Below are positions 1 through 10,243 of a stretch of 32,000 bases of DNA, in pieces. Location of the stretch: NCBI RefSeq assembly GCF_023585745.1, contig NZ_CP097762.1, positions 30,001 through 62,000 on the forward strand. The letters run 5' to 3'. A program made the position numbers and the translations under genes. The first letter of the stretch is position 1; the number at the start of each line of letters is the position of its first letter. The notes under the pieces are model-generated. The model was not told where the DNA came from. It saw nothing but the letters and a program-made list of their open reading frames with translations, and did not search any database. The stretch is from Candidatus Saccharimonadota bacterium. Its GTDB lineage: Bacteria > Pseudomonadota > Gammaproteobacteria > Enterobacterales > Enterobacteriaceae.

Positions 1-1
1 T

Positions 2-376
<375 letters not shown>

Positions 377-526
377 TAGGTTAATTTAGTAAAATTTAAC
401 TATTTTAAATGCCTACAGTAACAAGAAATTTAAATATATTTTTTTTAAAATTATGTTTTTTTAAAATCAATTATTTTCATAATTTTTAGTGTTTTGACAA
501 TGTTGAATTTTATTTATTTATAAATA

Positions 527-1912
527 TTATCGAAGTAATAAAAATATATTAGTATCTCCACGCAAAATGTTTAGAGCTATTACTGATGGTTTTTCGTTTA
601 GGATTTGTCTTAATTGTGATAAATTTTGTATTTTTATGCGGTTTAATCCAATTATTAAGTCGCCTTTTTGCAAGCCAATAGAATACGCGGGAGAATCTTT
701 GATAACATCTATAACTTGCACACCTTTTACACCATTTTTTAAATACCCATTACTTAATGATGCTCCTTGTAATGCAGGAGTTAATATTTCTTCATTGGCG
801 TTAACGCTAACAGAGGCTTTATCATCTAACAAGACTGATACTGTCTTTATTTTTCCATCTCTTAATAGACCCAATGTTATAATTTTTCCCGGAACGGTAG
901 TGCCTATTTTTACTCTTAATTCAGCAAAGTTTTGTATTGGTTTTCCTTCTATAGATACAATGATATCTCCAGCCTTAATATTTGCTTTAGCAGCAGCAGA
1001 TCCCGGTAAAACTTCGCTAACAAATGCACCGCGTTGTATATCTATATTGAAAGCTTTAGCTATATCAGCAGTTAGTTCTGTGCCTTTAATTCCTAGTTGA
1101 CCGCGCTTTATCTCCCCAAATTCGATTAATTGTTGACTTAAATTTTTCACAATATTACTAGGAATAGCAAACCCGATTCCGATATTTCCTCCGCCAGGAG
1201 CTAATATTGCGGTGTTAATTCCAATTAATTCTCCATGTAAGTTAACTAGAGCGCCTCCTGAGTTTCCTCTATTTATAGAGGCATCAGTTTGAATAAAATT
1301 TTCTAATCCTTCCAGATTTAAACCACTTCTTCCTAAAGCAGATACAATCCCAGATGTTGCTGTTTGACCTAATCCAAAAGGATTACCTATCGCAATAGCA
1401 AAATCTCCCACTTTTAAAGTATCAGAGTCTGCCATTTTAATTTCAGAAAGATTTTTAAATTTTAATATTTGTAGTAATGCTAAATCAGTTTGTTCATCAT
1501 GTCCTATTAATTTAGCATTAAATTCTCTTCCGTCATTAAGTTGTACTTTAATTTTGTCTGCTCCATTAACAACATGATTATTAGTTACAACGTAACCTTT
1601 GTTAGAATTAATAATAACTCCTGATCCTAATCCTTCAAATGGTTTTGATCCAAAATTACCGCCAGGTATATCTGGTCCAAAGAAATATTTAAATTCTTTA
1701 GGTAATGTAAGTTTTCTAACGGGTTGTGTACCTTCTACATGTATATTTACAACTGCTGGTAGCACCGTATCTAACATAGGCGCTAAACTTGGCATAGTTT
1801 TTAATGATGAAATTTCTGTAGATACTGGGGTTTTTTGCATAACAGCATAAGAATGTGATATTCCTAATAAAAATGGTATATTTAGTAATGTAAATAATTT
1901 TTTTATTTTCAT
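527..1912 (-). CDS. degQ: Periplasmic serine endoprotease of the DegP/DegQ (HtrA) family
   Basis: 461-aa ORF with a hydrophobic signal-like N-terminus. The trypsin-like triad sits in conserved contexts (TNNHVV, DLALLQ, GNSGGAL) and is followed by two PDZ-like repeats. It lies next to yhcB, as degQ does in E. coli. DegP and DegQ cannot be separated by eye. Confidence 0.85.
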   Translation of the reverse strand: MKIKKLFTLLNIPFLLGISHSYAVMQKTPVSTEISSLKTMPSLAPMLDTVLPAVVNIHVEGTQPVRKLTLPKEFKYFFGPDIPGGNFGSKPFEGLGSGVIINSNKGYVVTNNHVVNGADKIKVQLNDGREFNAKLIGHDEQTDLALLQILKFKNLSEIKMADSDTLKVGDFAIAIGNPFGLGQTATSGIVSALGRSGLNLEGLENFIQTDASINRGNSGGALVNLHGELIGINTAILAPGGGNIGIGFAIPSNIVKNLSQQLIEFGEIKRGQLGIKGTELTADIAKAFNIDIQRGAFVSEVLPGSAAAKANIKAGDIIVSIEGKPIQNFAELRVKIGTTVPGKIITLGLLRDGKIKTVSVLLDDKASVSVNANEEILTPALQGASLSNGYLKNGVKGVQVIDVIKDSPAYSIGLQKGDLIIGLNRIKIQNLSQLRQILNEKPSVIALNILRGDTNIFLLLR

Positions 1913-2097
1913 AATAAATAGATGTAATTAGTTATATTAAAATATATAAGCTTTAATTTTGTTAAAAATCTATCAAATGTATTAATTATAATTTTTTGGT
2001 GTTAAAAATTATTTAAATTATCTGCAATAGTCATATTGCGTTATCTGACGATAAACATTATATTTATGAAATAACTATAGAATTGGAAATTTTTATA

Positions 2098-2490
2098 TTA
2101 TTTATTGTTGAGATTTTCTGTAGTATTTTCTATATTATCAGAATAGTCTAACGGGGTTTCAATAGGTAATTTTTCATGTTTTATGTTCTGCGTGCTAAAT
2201 TCTTCTATGTTATTTAACATATGTGCATTTGGTAAGAAAAAATTAGCGCTTTTTTTAACGTTATCATATAGACTGCGATAATTTTCTGCTATTTTATTAA
2301 GTAAATCTATGGTATTAAAAAAATGCTGACTTAGTTCTTTTTTATATGCATTAAGTTGTGTTTTATTATTTTGTAGTTCATTACGTAAATTTTTTTGATT
2401 ATTTAATAAATATTTTGTCTTATAGTACATAATAGTGATGCCTATAAAAATTCCAATTACTAAATTAATGAGCGCTAATACCCAGACCAT
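2098..2490 (-). CDS. yhcB: Inner-membrane protein YhcB/ZapG (DUF1043)
   Basis: 130 aa with a single N-terminal TM helix followed by a coiled-coil. The segments ELSQHF..LL..A..YR.LY and LP...P.DYS align with E. coli YhcB as recalled. Positioned between degQ and rplM, as expected from synteny. Confidence 0.8.
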   Translation of the reverse strand: MVWVLALINLVIGIFIGITIMYYKTKYLLNNQKNLRNELQNNKTQLNAYKKELSQHFFNTIDLLNKIAENYRSLYDNVKKSANFFLPNAHMLNNIEEFSTQNIKHEKLPIETPLDYSDNIENTTENLNNK

Positions 2491-2947
2491 AATATACCTC
2501 TATAAATGTATTTATTACGTATTCAATATAATATATTGGTTCAATGTTTTATAGCTATTAGTGTATTTATTTAGAATTTTATTCTACTTAGATTGTTTTA
2601 TCAATAAAAGTTATAATAGAAAATTTTGTAAATCGGTATGATTTTGATAGGTATATTTAGATATATATATATTTTAGTTTTTATTTGCTGAAATGGATTG
2701 TATGTACTTATGAATAAACATGAGTAGGTCAATATATTAATTATGATGGTTATATATTAATGGTGTAGCGGTATTTAATTAATAGGTTAGTTATGTTCAA
2801 TTTATTGAAATTTTTAAAAAATTAGGAGGTACACTATTATTTGCAGTAACAAAATGTTACAATGCTTGGGGATGTTATGAGTTGCTTTATATCGAATATA
2901 GTTGTTACTTATTATAAATAAAGTGTTTTAGGTTAAATTTAATTTTT

Positions 2948-3379
2948 ATGAAAACTTTTATGGTAAAATCAAATTTTCTTAAAGAACGAAGATGGTATGT
3001 TGTTGATGCTAAGGATAAAGTGCTGGGACGTCTTTCTAGCTTAATTATTAAATATTTAATAGGTAAATATAAAGTAGAATACGCTCCTCATATAGATATT
3101 GGAGATTATGTTATTGTTTTAAATGCAAAGAAAGTATATATTTCAGGTAAAAAGCAGAACTATAAAATATATTATCATCACACTGGATATATAGGAGGTA
3201 TTAAACAATTAAATTTTAAACAGATGATGAATAAACGCTCGGAGAGAGTAATAGAAATTGCAGTAAAAGGTATGTTGCCTAAGGGGCCGCTAGGTCGTGT
3301 TATGTACAGTAGGCTTAGAGTATATGCAGGTAGCACACATTTACATTGTGCGCAAACTCCGAAAGTTATAAATTTTTAG
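2948..3379 (+). CDS. rplM: 50S ribosomal protein L13
   Basis: 143 aa. Motifs [34 protein letters not shown] and MLPKGPLGR are typical of L13. Immediately followed by rpsI, as in the conserved rplM-rpsI operon. Confidence 0.95.
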   Translation: MKTFMVKSNFLKERRWYVVDAKDKVLGRLSSLIIKYLIGKYKVEYAPHIDIGDYVIVLNAKKVYISGKKQNYKIYYHHTGYIGGIKQLNFKQMMNKRSERVIEIAVKGMLPKGPLGRVMYSRLRVYAGSTHLHCAQTPKVINF

Positions 3380-3390
3380 ATTTATGAAAT

Positions 3391-3801
3391 ATGGAAATAG
3401 ATAAATTGAATATTGCTAATCAATATTATGGTACTGGCAGGAGAAAAAGTGCTTCTGCTCGGGTTTTTATCAGACCTGGTACTGGAACAATAACTATTAA
3501 TAAGCGCATTTTAAATGAATATTTTGCAAAGTATAGTGTTCAAAATGTTGTAGTAAGGCCTTTGCAAGTTACTAATTTGTTGCGCGATTTAGATGTATAT
3601 GTAACTGTTAAAGGCGGTGGTGTATCTGGCCAAGCTGGAGCTATACGCCATGGCGTGACACGTGCGTTATTACAGTATAACGATAAATTAAGAGGTGTTT
3701 TACGTTTAAATGGTTTTCTTACTAGAGATGCTAGAGAAGTAGAAAGGAAGAAAATTGGATTACGTAAAGCACGTAGAAAACCGCAGTTTTCTAAACGTTG
3801 A
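3391..3801 (+). CDS. rpsI: 30S ribosomal protein S9
   Basis: 136 aa. Motifs [36 protein letters not shown] and [24 protein letters not shown] are near-identical to E. coli S9. Confidence 0.95.
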   Translation: MEIDKLNIANQYYGTGRRKSASARVFIRPGTGTITINKRILNEYFAKYSVQNVVVRPLQVTNLLRDLDVYVTVKGGGVSGQAGAIRHGVTRALLQYNDKLRGVLRLNGFLTRDAREVERKKIGLRKARRKPQFSKR

Positions 3802-4425
3802 TAAGTTAATTAGTTTTATGGGATTGATAGAGATAAATGTATTTTTATGATTTTATCAAATATATTAATATTGTGCTTTATAATGAAAATATTTACAAGT
3901 TTATATTCGTTAATATGGTTTAACGCTGGGAGTCATGTTGTATTTAAATTGTTTCTGAAAAAAATTTAGATATTTTGTATGTAAGTAATTTATATTAAAA
4001 GATTTCAGTTGTTATAGAAAAATAATATTTAAATATTTATTGGTATGTACAATTAATTTTGATCATAGTGTTTTATTCTTAAATAATCAGGCAATATGGT
4101 AAGATGTAGCAGTTTTACCTTTAATAAAAATAAAGAGTTATTATTTATTGATTTATTAATTTAATTTAGTGTAATTTTAAAATTAATTTAAATATTAATA
4201 TTGATTGAATATCATATAATAATTTTTTATAATTTTATTATTTATAAAAAGTGAATATACCAATACATAATAAAATAGTGCGCTTGATTATTTTTTATTT
4301 TTATTTTAAAAATGTAAAATGATGAGGTGCACTGTTGTTTTTATAAATTTTACATTTAAATAATATTTATTTAATCATATAGATAGAAATTATTTAAATA
4401 TTAAAATATATAATATAAAATAAGA

Positions 4426-5001
4426 TCATTTATGTAAATATGGGATGAATATTATCGATACTGTCGGGGCCGTTTGTTTTATTATCTCTCTAAGTATATT
4501 TTCTTTTTCTGGAGTAATTTTACCTATTAAAAATACTTCTTTATTTTCTGTAGTTATTTTAATATCAGAACTATAAATATTATCTTTTAAAAAGATATTA
4601 AATCGTATTTTGTTAGTAATCCACATATCTCGTAAAATAGACTGGAGATTTATTGGGGATTTTTTTCTGATGGCATTATAAATTTTTTTAGTTCCATTAA
4701 TTTCTCTGATTATTTTTATAGCATCTTCAGTCAATGCAGAAGAAAGAGACTGACCAGTTAACAATACGTCACCGTGATATACAGTATTTTTTATTCTAGC
4801 GGCTTGCCTGATATGTGAGTTTTTATATAAAGAATATGTGATATTAATTGCTATGATATTATCATCTAATTGTGTACCTAAAGTACGGGAATCATTCCAA
4901 GCAGTTGTTATAGCCGTAGCGGTTCCTACTGCTAGTAGGCTGGAACAACACGCTTGCAATGTTACTATAGATAATAAGGTTGTTAATAATAGCCAATTCA
5001 T
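4426..5001 (-). CDS. dolP: Outer-membrane lipoprotein DolP (YraP) with two BON domains
   Basis: 191 aa with a signal peptide ending in the lipobox-like LQAC. The segments DSRTLGTQLDD, Y.G.VLLTGQS, D.WIT.K.R and IKITTEN.EVFL.G align with E. coli YraP as recalled. Divergent from rsmI, as in the E. coli rsmI/lpoA-yraN-diaA-dolP locus. Confidence 0.85.
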   Translation of the reverse strand: MNWLLLTTLLSIVTLQACCSSLLAVGTATAITTAWNDSRTLGTQLDDNIIAINITYSLYKNSHIRQAARIKNTVYHGDVLLTGQSLSSALTEDAIKIIREINGTKKIYNAIRKKSPINLQSILRDMWITNKIRFNIFLKDNIYSSDIKITTENKEVFLIGKITPEKENILREIIKQTAPTVSIIFIPYLHK

Positions 5002-5338
5002 GTTTTGTTCTTTATATTTATAAAACTAAATTTTTATTTAAGTTTATACTTAAAAATAACATGTGTTTATATAGTTAGTATTATATCAATTTTAATAAAT
5101 TATTGAAAGAATTTATATTTGATAACATCAATTATATTAATTGAATTAGTTTTTAATATCTATTATTATCTACAGTTTTGATTTAAAATTTTATGTATAT
5201 AATAAATTTTCAAGTAAACACAATAATATGGTTATATTATCACATAATATACATAAGAAATTTATATAAACTTAGTATTTTATTGCGAATTGAATATTTT
5301 TTATAGATTATACATGTATAATTTTTTCAAGTATAAAT

Positions 5339-6184
5339 ATGTCAATATTGTATATTGTTCCTACTCCAATTGGTAATTTACAAGATATTACATTTAGAGC
5401 GTTATCTGTTTTAAAAAAAGTGGACTATATTGTAGCAGAGGATACTCGGCGTGTACGTGTTTTGTTGGAATTTTATTCCATAAAAGCAAGTTTGTATTCA
5501 TTTCAGCAATATACTGAACACAAAAAGACACCAGTGTTAGTAGATAAATTAAAATCTGGTTTTAGTCTCGCGTTAGTTGCTGATGCTGGCACGCCATTAA
5601 TTAGTGATCCCGGGTATTTTTTAGTAAAAACTTGTAAAGCATTGAATATTAAAGTAATTCCTTTGCCGGGTCCATGCGCTGCTATTACTGCATTATGTGG
5701 ATCTGGATTACCAACAGATCGGTTTTGCTTTGAAGGTTTTTTGCCGCGCAAACATAGTGTCCGTATAAATCGGTTACAAGATTTGTTAGAAGAGCCTCGT
5801 ACTTTAATTTTCTATGATGTAAAACATAGAATTATAGAAACTTTACAGGATATGATTAGTGTGTTTGGCACAGAACGTCATGTGGTTTTAGCAAGAGAAT
5901 TAACTAAAGTATGGGAATCTATTTATGGCGCTCCTATAGGTACATTATTATCTTGGATACAGAGAGACACTTCGAAGATTCGCGGAGAAATAGTATTGAT
6001 TGTTTCTGGAAATTGTTTAAACAGTAATGTTTTGTCACCTAAAATATCGTATATTATGGAAATATTAATCAAAGAATTACCTTTGAAAAAAGTTGCAATT
6101 TTAATGAAAATTATGTATGGTACAAAGAGAAATGTGATTTATAAACAATATTTAAATAAGAAATTTAATAAAGTTAAAAAATAA
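5339..6184 (+). CDS. rsmI: 16S rRNA (cytidine1402-2'-O)-methyltransferase
   Basis: 281 aa. LYIVPTPIGNL.DIT.RAL..L..VD.IAAEDTR, DAGTP.ISDPG and GP.A...AL..SGLP.D.F.F.GFLP match the tetrapyrrole-methylase-fold RsmI (YraL) family. Confidence 0.9.
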   Translation: MSILYIVPTPIGNLQDITFRALSVLKKVDYIVAEDTRRVRVLLEFYSIKASLYSFQQYTEHKKTPVLVDKLKSGFSLALVADAGTPLISDPGYFLVKTCKALNIKVIPLPGPCAAITALCGSGLPTDRFCFEGFLPRKHSVRINRLQDLLEEPRTLIFYDVKHRIIETLQDMISVFGTERHVVLARELTKVWESIYGAPIGTLLSWIQRDTSKIRGEIVLIVSGNCLNSNVLSPKISYIMEILIKELPLKKVAILMKIMYGTKRNVIYKQYLNKKFNKVKK

Positions 6185-6238
6185 ATATTTGTAAAATATT
6201 TGAGTATTAATATTAATATATAATTATATATATAATTT

Positions 6239-6682
6239 AAGGAGTTGATTAAACAATCGCTGCTTCTATATTTACAATTATTTGATATTATTAACAAGTA
6301 ATGTTTTGTGAATAGAATAAGGAGAGGAAAGTCCGGGCTCCATAGGACAGAGTGCCAGGTAATACCTGGGAGATGTGAATCTACGACCAGTGCAACAGAA
6401 AGAACACCGCCTGTGATTAATATTATCAATTCTATATATAGAATATATGTGTAGGAAAAATATGTGTTTATTACACGGTAAGGGTGAAAAGGTGTGGTAA
6501 GAGCACACCGCACGAATTGGTAACAGTTCGTGTCATGTAAACTCCACTCGGAGCAAGGCTAAATATAAGTTCTATAGTATGTCCGTACTGAACTTGGGTA
6601 AGCTGCTAAAACTAATATGCAAATATTAGTTTAGATGAATGATTGTTCGAGACAGAACCCGGCTTAACGATCGACTCCTTAT
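6239..6682 (+). ncRNA. rnpB: RNase P RNA (M1 RNA, bacterial type A)
   Basis: Long near-identical blocks to E. coli M1 RNA are visible directly: GAGGAAAGTCCGGGCTCCATAGG.CAG.GTGCCAGGTAA, ACGACCAGTGCAACAGA.AG, GGTAAGGGTGAAA.GGTG.GGTAAGAGC.CACCGC, GTAAACTCCAC.CGGAGCAAGGC.AAATA, GTACTGAAC..GGGTA.GCTGC, TAGATGAATGA.TGT and ACAGAACCCGGCTTA. P1 closes as GGAGTTGAT (6241-6249) pairing with ATCGACTCC (6670-6678). The ends are approximate, within a few nt. Confidence 0.95.
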
Positions 6683-7133
6683 AATAAGTTAATACTACAG
6701 GTATCTTGAATATAAGGTGTTTTAATCAAAGTCATTATTATATTTTATTCAATTAGTGGTGTTTGTTTTATTTATTACAGTGTGAGTTTTGATTGAATAA
6801 ATAGTAAAATATTTTGAGAAATAATTTTTTATATGAATAGAGTGAATTATTTTCTTTTTAGAAGATATACATATATTATGTTATATGTAATTAAGTATGT
6901 AGTTGTATAAGTTATTTATAAAGTTTTTTCGTCTTTATTATATTAGATAATTAAACTAGCGTATTTATAAAGTAAAATTTTAGTGAGATTAATGATTATT
7001 GCTTTCATTATACTTAAATTCATTTAAAATTTTTAAAAACGGGTTTTTATGCTTTGTATAAATGGTGTTTTGTTTATATAAAAGCACTAAAAAATTTATA
7101 GTATTTATTATATAGTCGGTATTATTTTCTGTA

Positions 7134-7718
7134 ATGCATCATATGGTTATGAATATTTTTAGAGAACTGTTATGGACAATATGCAATTATAATTTTACAT
7201 TATTTTCAAATATAAGAGTTATTTTGATCGTTTATTCTTTAATATTTATTATTCTTTTTTTAGAAAATGCTATTATTCCAGCTGTGTTTTTACCAGGAGA
7301 TAGCTTGTTGATTATTTTAGGGATTTTAATAGGAAAGGGTTGTTTAAATTTTTTCATAACTTTGTTTATTTTAACAATAGCTGCAAGTTTAGGGACGTGG
7401 ATAAGTTATTTACAAGGTAAATTTTTAGAAAGAAATAAAACTGTAAGACGTTGGTTGTCAAGATTTCCTAATAAATTTTATCAAAAAATCGTGTTTATGT
7501 TAAATAAACACGGTTTGTATGCTTTATTTTTTGGGCGATTTATAGCATTTGCACGAACTGTATTGCCTATTATTGCGGGTGTATATAGATTAAATTCATT
7601 ACGTTTCCAAATATTTAATTGGATTAGTTCTTTTTTATGGGTTTTTATACTTATTGTGTTAGGTGTGTTAGTAGAACGTACTAAATTTTTAGATATATTA
7701 TGTTATTTTAATTTGTGA
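7134..7718 (+). CDS. yqjA: DedA-family inner membrane protein (YqjA-like)
   Basis: 194 aa. The run F.ILFLEN...PA.FLPGDSLL.. .G.LI.KG...TIAASLG.W.SY.QG...R.WL...P..........KHGL.AL..GRFIAF.RT.LP.IAG...LN..RF..FNW.S..LWV.IL aligns along its length with E. coli YqjA as recalled. The true start may be the third Met (7149, MNIF...), which matches the E. coli N-terminus better. Confidence 0.8.
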   Translation: MHHMVMNIFRELLWTICNYNFTLFSNIRVILIVYSLIFIILFLENAIIPAVFLPGDSLLIILGILIGKGCLNFFITLFILTIAASLGTWISYLQGKFLERNKTVRRWLSRFPNKFYQKIVFMLNKHGLYALFFGRFIAFARTVLPIIAGVYRLNSLRFQIFNWISSFLWVFILIVLGVLVERTKFLDILCYFNL

Positions 7719-7905
7719 AATGTATTGAATGTTTTAATTTTATTATTAATAATAATTATTTTAACAAAATATTGTTTTATTGGTCCTTATTAAAATAATA
7801 AATAAGGATTAGTGTTCTTTATATTGCGGGTCAAAGTAATAATAAGGCATGTTTCATTTCTTTATAAACATAGAGAAAAATTATTATGTCATATATACAT
7901 GTATG

Positions 7906-7980
7906 TGGCCCCTGCTGGATTCGAACCAGCGACCAAGCGATTATGAGTCGCCTGCTCTAACCAATCTGAGCTAAGGGGCC
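7906..7980 (-). tRNA. ileX: tRNA with CAU anticodon, most likely the lysidine-modified tRNA-Ile2 (ileX-like)
   Basis: The reverse complement GGCCCCTTAGCTCAGATTGGTTAGAGCAGGCGACTCATAATCGCTTGGTCGCTGGTTCGAATCCAGCAGGGGCCA folds as a cloverleaf (7-bp acceptor, anticodon loop CTCATAA). It is nearly identical to E. coli ileX as recalled and lies just downstream of rpoD, as ileX does. No CCA is encoded; the discriminator A is followed by CAT. tRNA status is very secure. Ile2 versus Met rests on similarity and synteny. Confidence 0.85.
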
Positions 7981-8273
7981 GTTATTTTATCATTTATATA
8001 TAAAAAATATAACTCTACAAAGAAAGCATTATATTATGATGTTATATTTAACATATAATATTTATTGCAAAAATGTTAATTTAAATAATTATTATATATA
8101 ATAATTAGTATTTTACTAGATTATTTTATATTATCTCTTGTGTTTCACATGTAAGAGCATTACATCAACAATATTGACTTTTTAATTAATACAATGGTTT
8201 TTTTCCATAGCATATAAACGATTATAATTTTTATGTAAGCATTATTATATATTTATGTAATATATAAATATAT

Positions 8274-10118
8274 CTAATCATCTAAAAAACTTTTTAATAT
8301 TTCAGAACGACTAGGGTGACGTAATTTTCTCAAAGCTTTTGCCTCAATTTGTCGAATTCTTTCTCTAGTTACATCAAATTGTTTTCCAACTTCTTCTAAC
8401 GTGTGATCAGAATTCATATCAATACCAAATCTCATGCGCAATACTTTAGCCTCTCTTGGAGTCAACCCGGCAAGTACATCATGTGTAGCAGTACGTAAAT
8501 TATCTGAAGTTGCTGAATCTAACGGTAGATCTAAAGTAGTATCCTCAATAAAATCACCAAGATGGGAATCATCGTCATCCCCTATTGGGGTTTCCATGGA
8601 AATAGGTTCCTTAGCTATCTTCAATACTTTTCTAATTTTTTCTTCTGACATAAATAGACGTTCTGCTAGTTCTTCAGGAGTTGGTTCATGACCCATTTCC
8701 TGTAACATTTGACGAGAAACTCGGTTTAATTTATTGATAGTTTCTATCATATGCACTGGAATACGAATAGTACGTGCTTGATCTGCTATTGATCGGGTGA
8801 TAGCTTGTCGAATCCACCAAGTGGCATAAGTAGAAAATTTATAACCACGACGGTATTCAAATTTATCTACAGCTTTCATTAAACCAATGTTCCCTTCTTG
8901 TATTAAGTCTAAGAATTGTAGTCCCCTGTTTGTATATTTTTTTGCAATAGATATTACTAAACGCAAATTAGCCTCGACCATTTCTTTTTTAGCTCTACGT
9001 GCTTTAGCTTCGCCTATAGACATTCTACGATTAATATCTTTTAATTGCTTTATAGTTAATCCAGTTTCTTGTTCAATTTGATATAATTTATGTATGCCAT
9101 TATATACATCTTGATTGATTGTATTTAATTTTTCTGACCATGATGTATGCGTAGATAAAGCAGCGCGAAACCAATTGTCATTAGTTTCGTTACCCGAAAA
9201 TAATTCAATAAAATTTTTTTTAGGCATTTTACTAGTTTCAACACATAATTTCATGATTAATCGTTCTTGTGTTCGTACTCGTTCCATAATAGTACGCATA
9301 CTATTTACTAAGTAATCAAATTGTTTTGGAACCAATCTAAATTGTTTAAATACTTCAGAAAGTTTTGAAATTTCTTTTAATGACTGAATATTATTGCGTC
9401 CATTACATTGAATAGTTTTACGTGTTAAATCATATTGATTACGTAGTGTTTTGAATTTTTTACGAGCCATTTCTGGATCAATATTGTTATAATCATTTTC
9501 TTCTTCATTATCTTCAGATATTGTTTCTATATTAATAATAGAGTGAATATTGTGAGAAATATTATTTATGTTATTATTTAAAGAGGTAATATTTTCCGCA
9601 TTAATATCCACAAACCCTGTGATTAATTCTGATAAACGTACTTCACCAGTTTTGACGCGTTCGTATTGTTTTAATAAATAAGTAATCGCATCTGGATATT
9701 CAGCAACTGAACATTGAACTTGATTTATTCCATCTTCTATTCTTTTCGCTATATCTATTTCACCCTCCCGAGTTAATAGCTCCACAGTACCCATTTCCCT
9801 CATGTACATCCGCACCGGATCAGTTGTTCTACCTAAATCTGATTCTACATTTACTAACGCCTGTACAGCTGCTTCTGTTGCATCTTCTTCATCATTAGTG
9901 GAGGTAGTGTGTTCTATTAATAAAAAATCGTCGGAATTTGGGGCTTCTTCCATAACTTGAATACCCATATCATTCATCATTTGAATTATATTTTCTATTT
10001 GCCCAGGATCTGCGATGTCTGCTGGTAAGTGATCGTTAACTTCAGAAAAAGTTAAATATCCTTGTTCTTTTCCACGGGTAACGAGTAACTTTAGTTGTGA
10101 TTGTGGGTTGTGTTCCAT
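8274..10118 (-). CDS. rpoD: RNA polymerase primary sigma factor sigma-70
   Basis: 614 aa. Conserved regions 1.1 through 4.2 are obvious ([124 protein letters not shown]). Last gene of the rpsU-dnaG-rpoD arrangement. Confidence 0.97.
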   Translation of the reverse strand: MEHNPQSQLKLLVTRGKEQGYLTFSEVNDHLPADIADPGQIENIIQMMNDMGIQVMEEAPNSDDFLLIEHTTSTNDEEDATEAAVQALVNVESDLGRTTDPVRMYMREMGTVELLTREGEIDIAKRIEDGINQVQCSVAEYPDAITYLLKQYERVKTGEVRLSELITGFVDINAENITSLNNNINNISHNIHSIINIETISEDNEEENDYNNIDPEMARKKFKTLRNQYDLTRKTIQCNGRNNIQSLKEISKLSEVFKQFRLVPKQFDYLVNSMRTIMERVRTQERLIMKLCVETSKMPKKNFIELFSGNETNDNWFRAALSTHTSWSEKLNTINQDVYNGIHKLYQIEQETGLTIKQLKDINRRMSIGEAKARRAKKEMVEANLRLVISIAKKYTNRGLQFLDLIQEGNIGLMKAVDKFEYRRGYKFSTYATWWIRQAITRSIADQARTIRIPVHMIETINKLNRVSRQMLQEMGHEPTPEELAERLFMSEEKIRKVLKIAKEPISMETPIGDDDDSHLGDFIEDTTLDLPLDSATSDNLRTATHDVLAGLTPREAKVLRMRFGIDMNSDHTLEEVGKQFDVTRERIRQIEAKALRKLRHPSRSEILKSFLDD

Positions 10119-10243
10119 TATAAAAGACTCCCACTTCTTGGAGTAGTATTAAAATGTTAATAGTGACTTAAAATTTTATATTCTAGTACAGGAAAAATTC
10201 ATTATAACCTATTCGATAGATATTTGTTAATGAAAATTTTTTA

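Noticed and set aside
567-1850. Plus-strand ORFs 567-1100 (177 aa) and 1599-1850 (83 aa) listed in the ORF track
   Set aside because: Both lie entirely antisense to the well-supported degQ CDS. Their translations have no recognisable motifs and the composition expected of the reverse frame of a real gene.
2841-2866. TTGCAG ... TACAAT as a sigma-70 promoter for rplM
   Set aside because: The spacing between the hexamers is only about 11 nt. In sequence this AT-rich, -10-like hexamers occur everywhere, so I do not trust any sigma-70 promoter call made by eye.
4838-5751. ORFs 4838-5023 (+) and 5503-5751 (-)
   Set aside because: These are shadow ORFs antisense to dolP and rsmI respectively, with no independent support.
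6139-6513. Minus-strand ORFs 6139-6513 (124 aa) and 6278-6508 (76 aa)
   Set aside because: They overlap the rsmI 3' end and the antisense of RNase P RNA. The open frames are a by-product of the structured, relatively GC-rich RNA gene.
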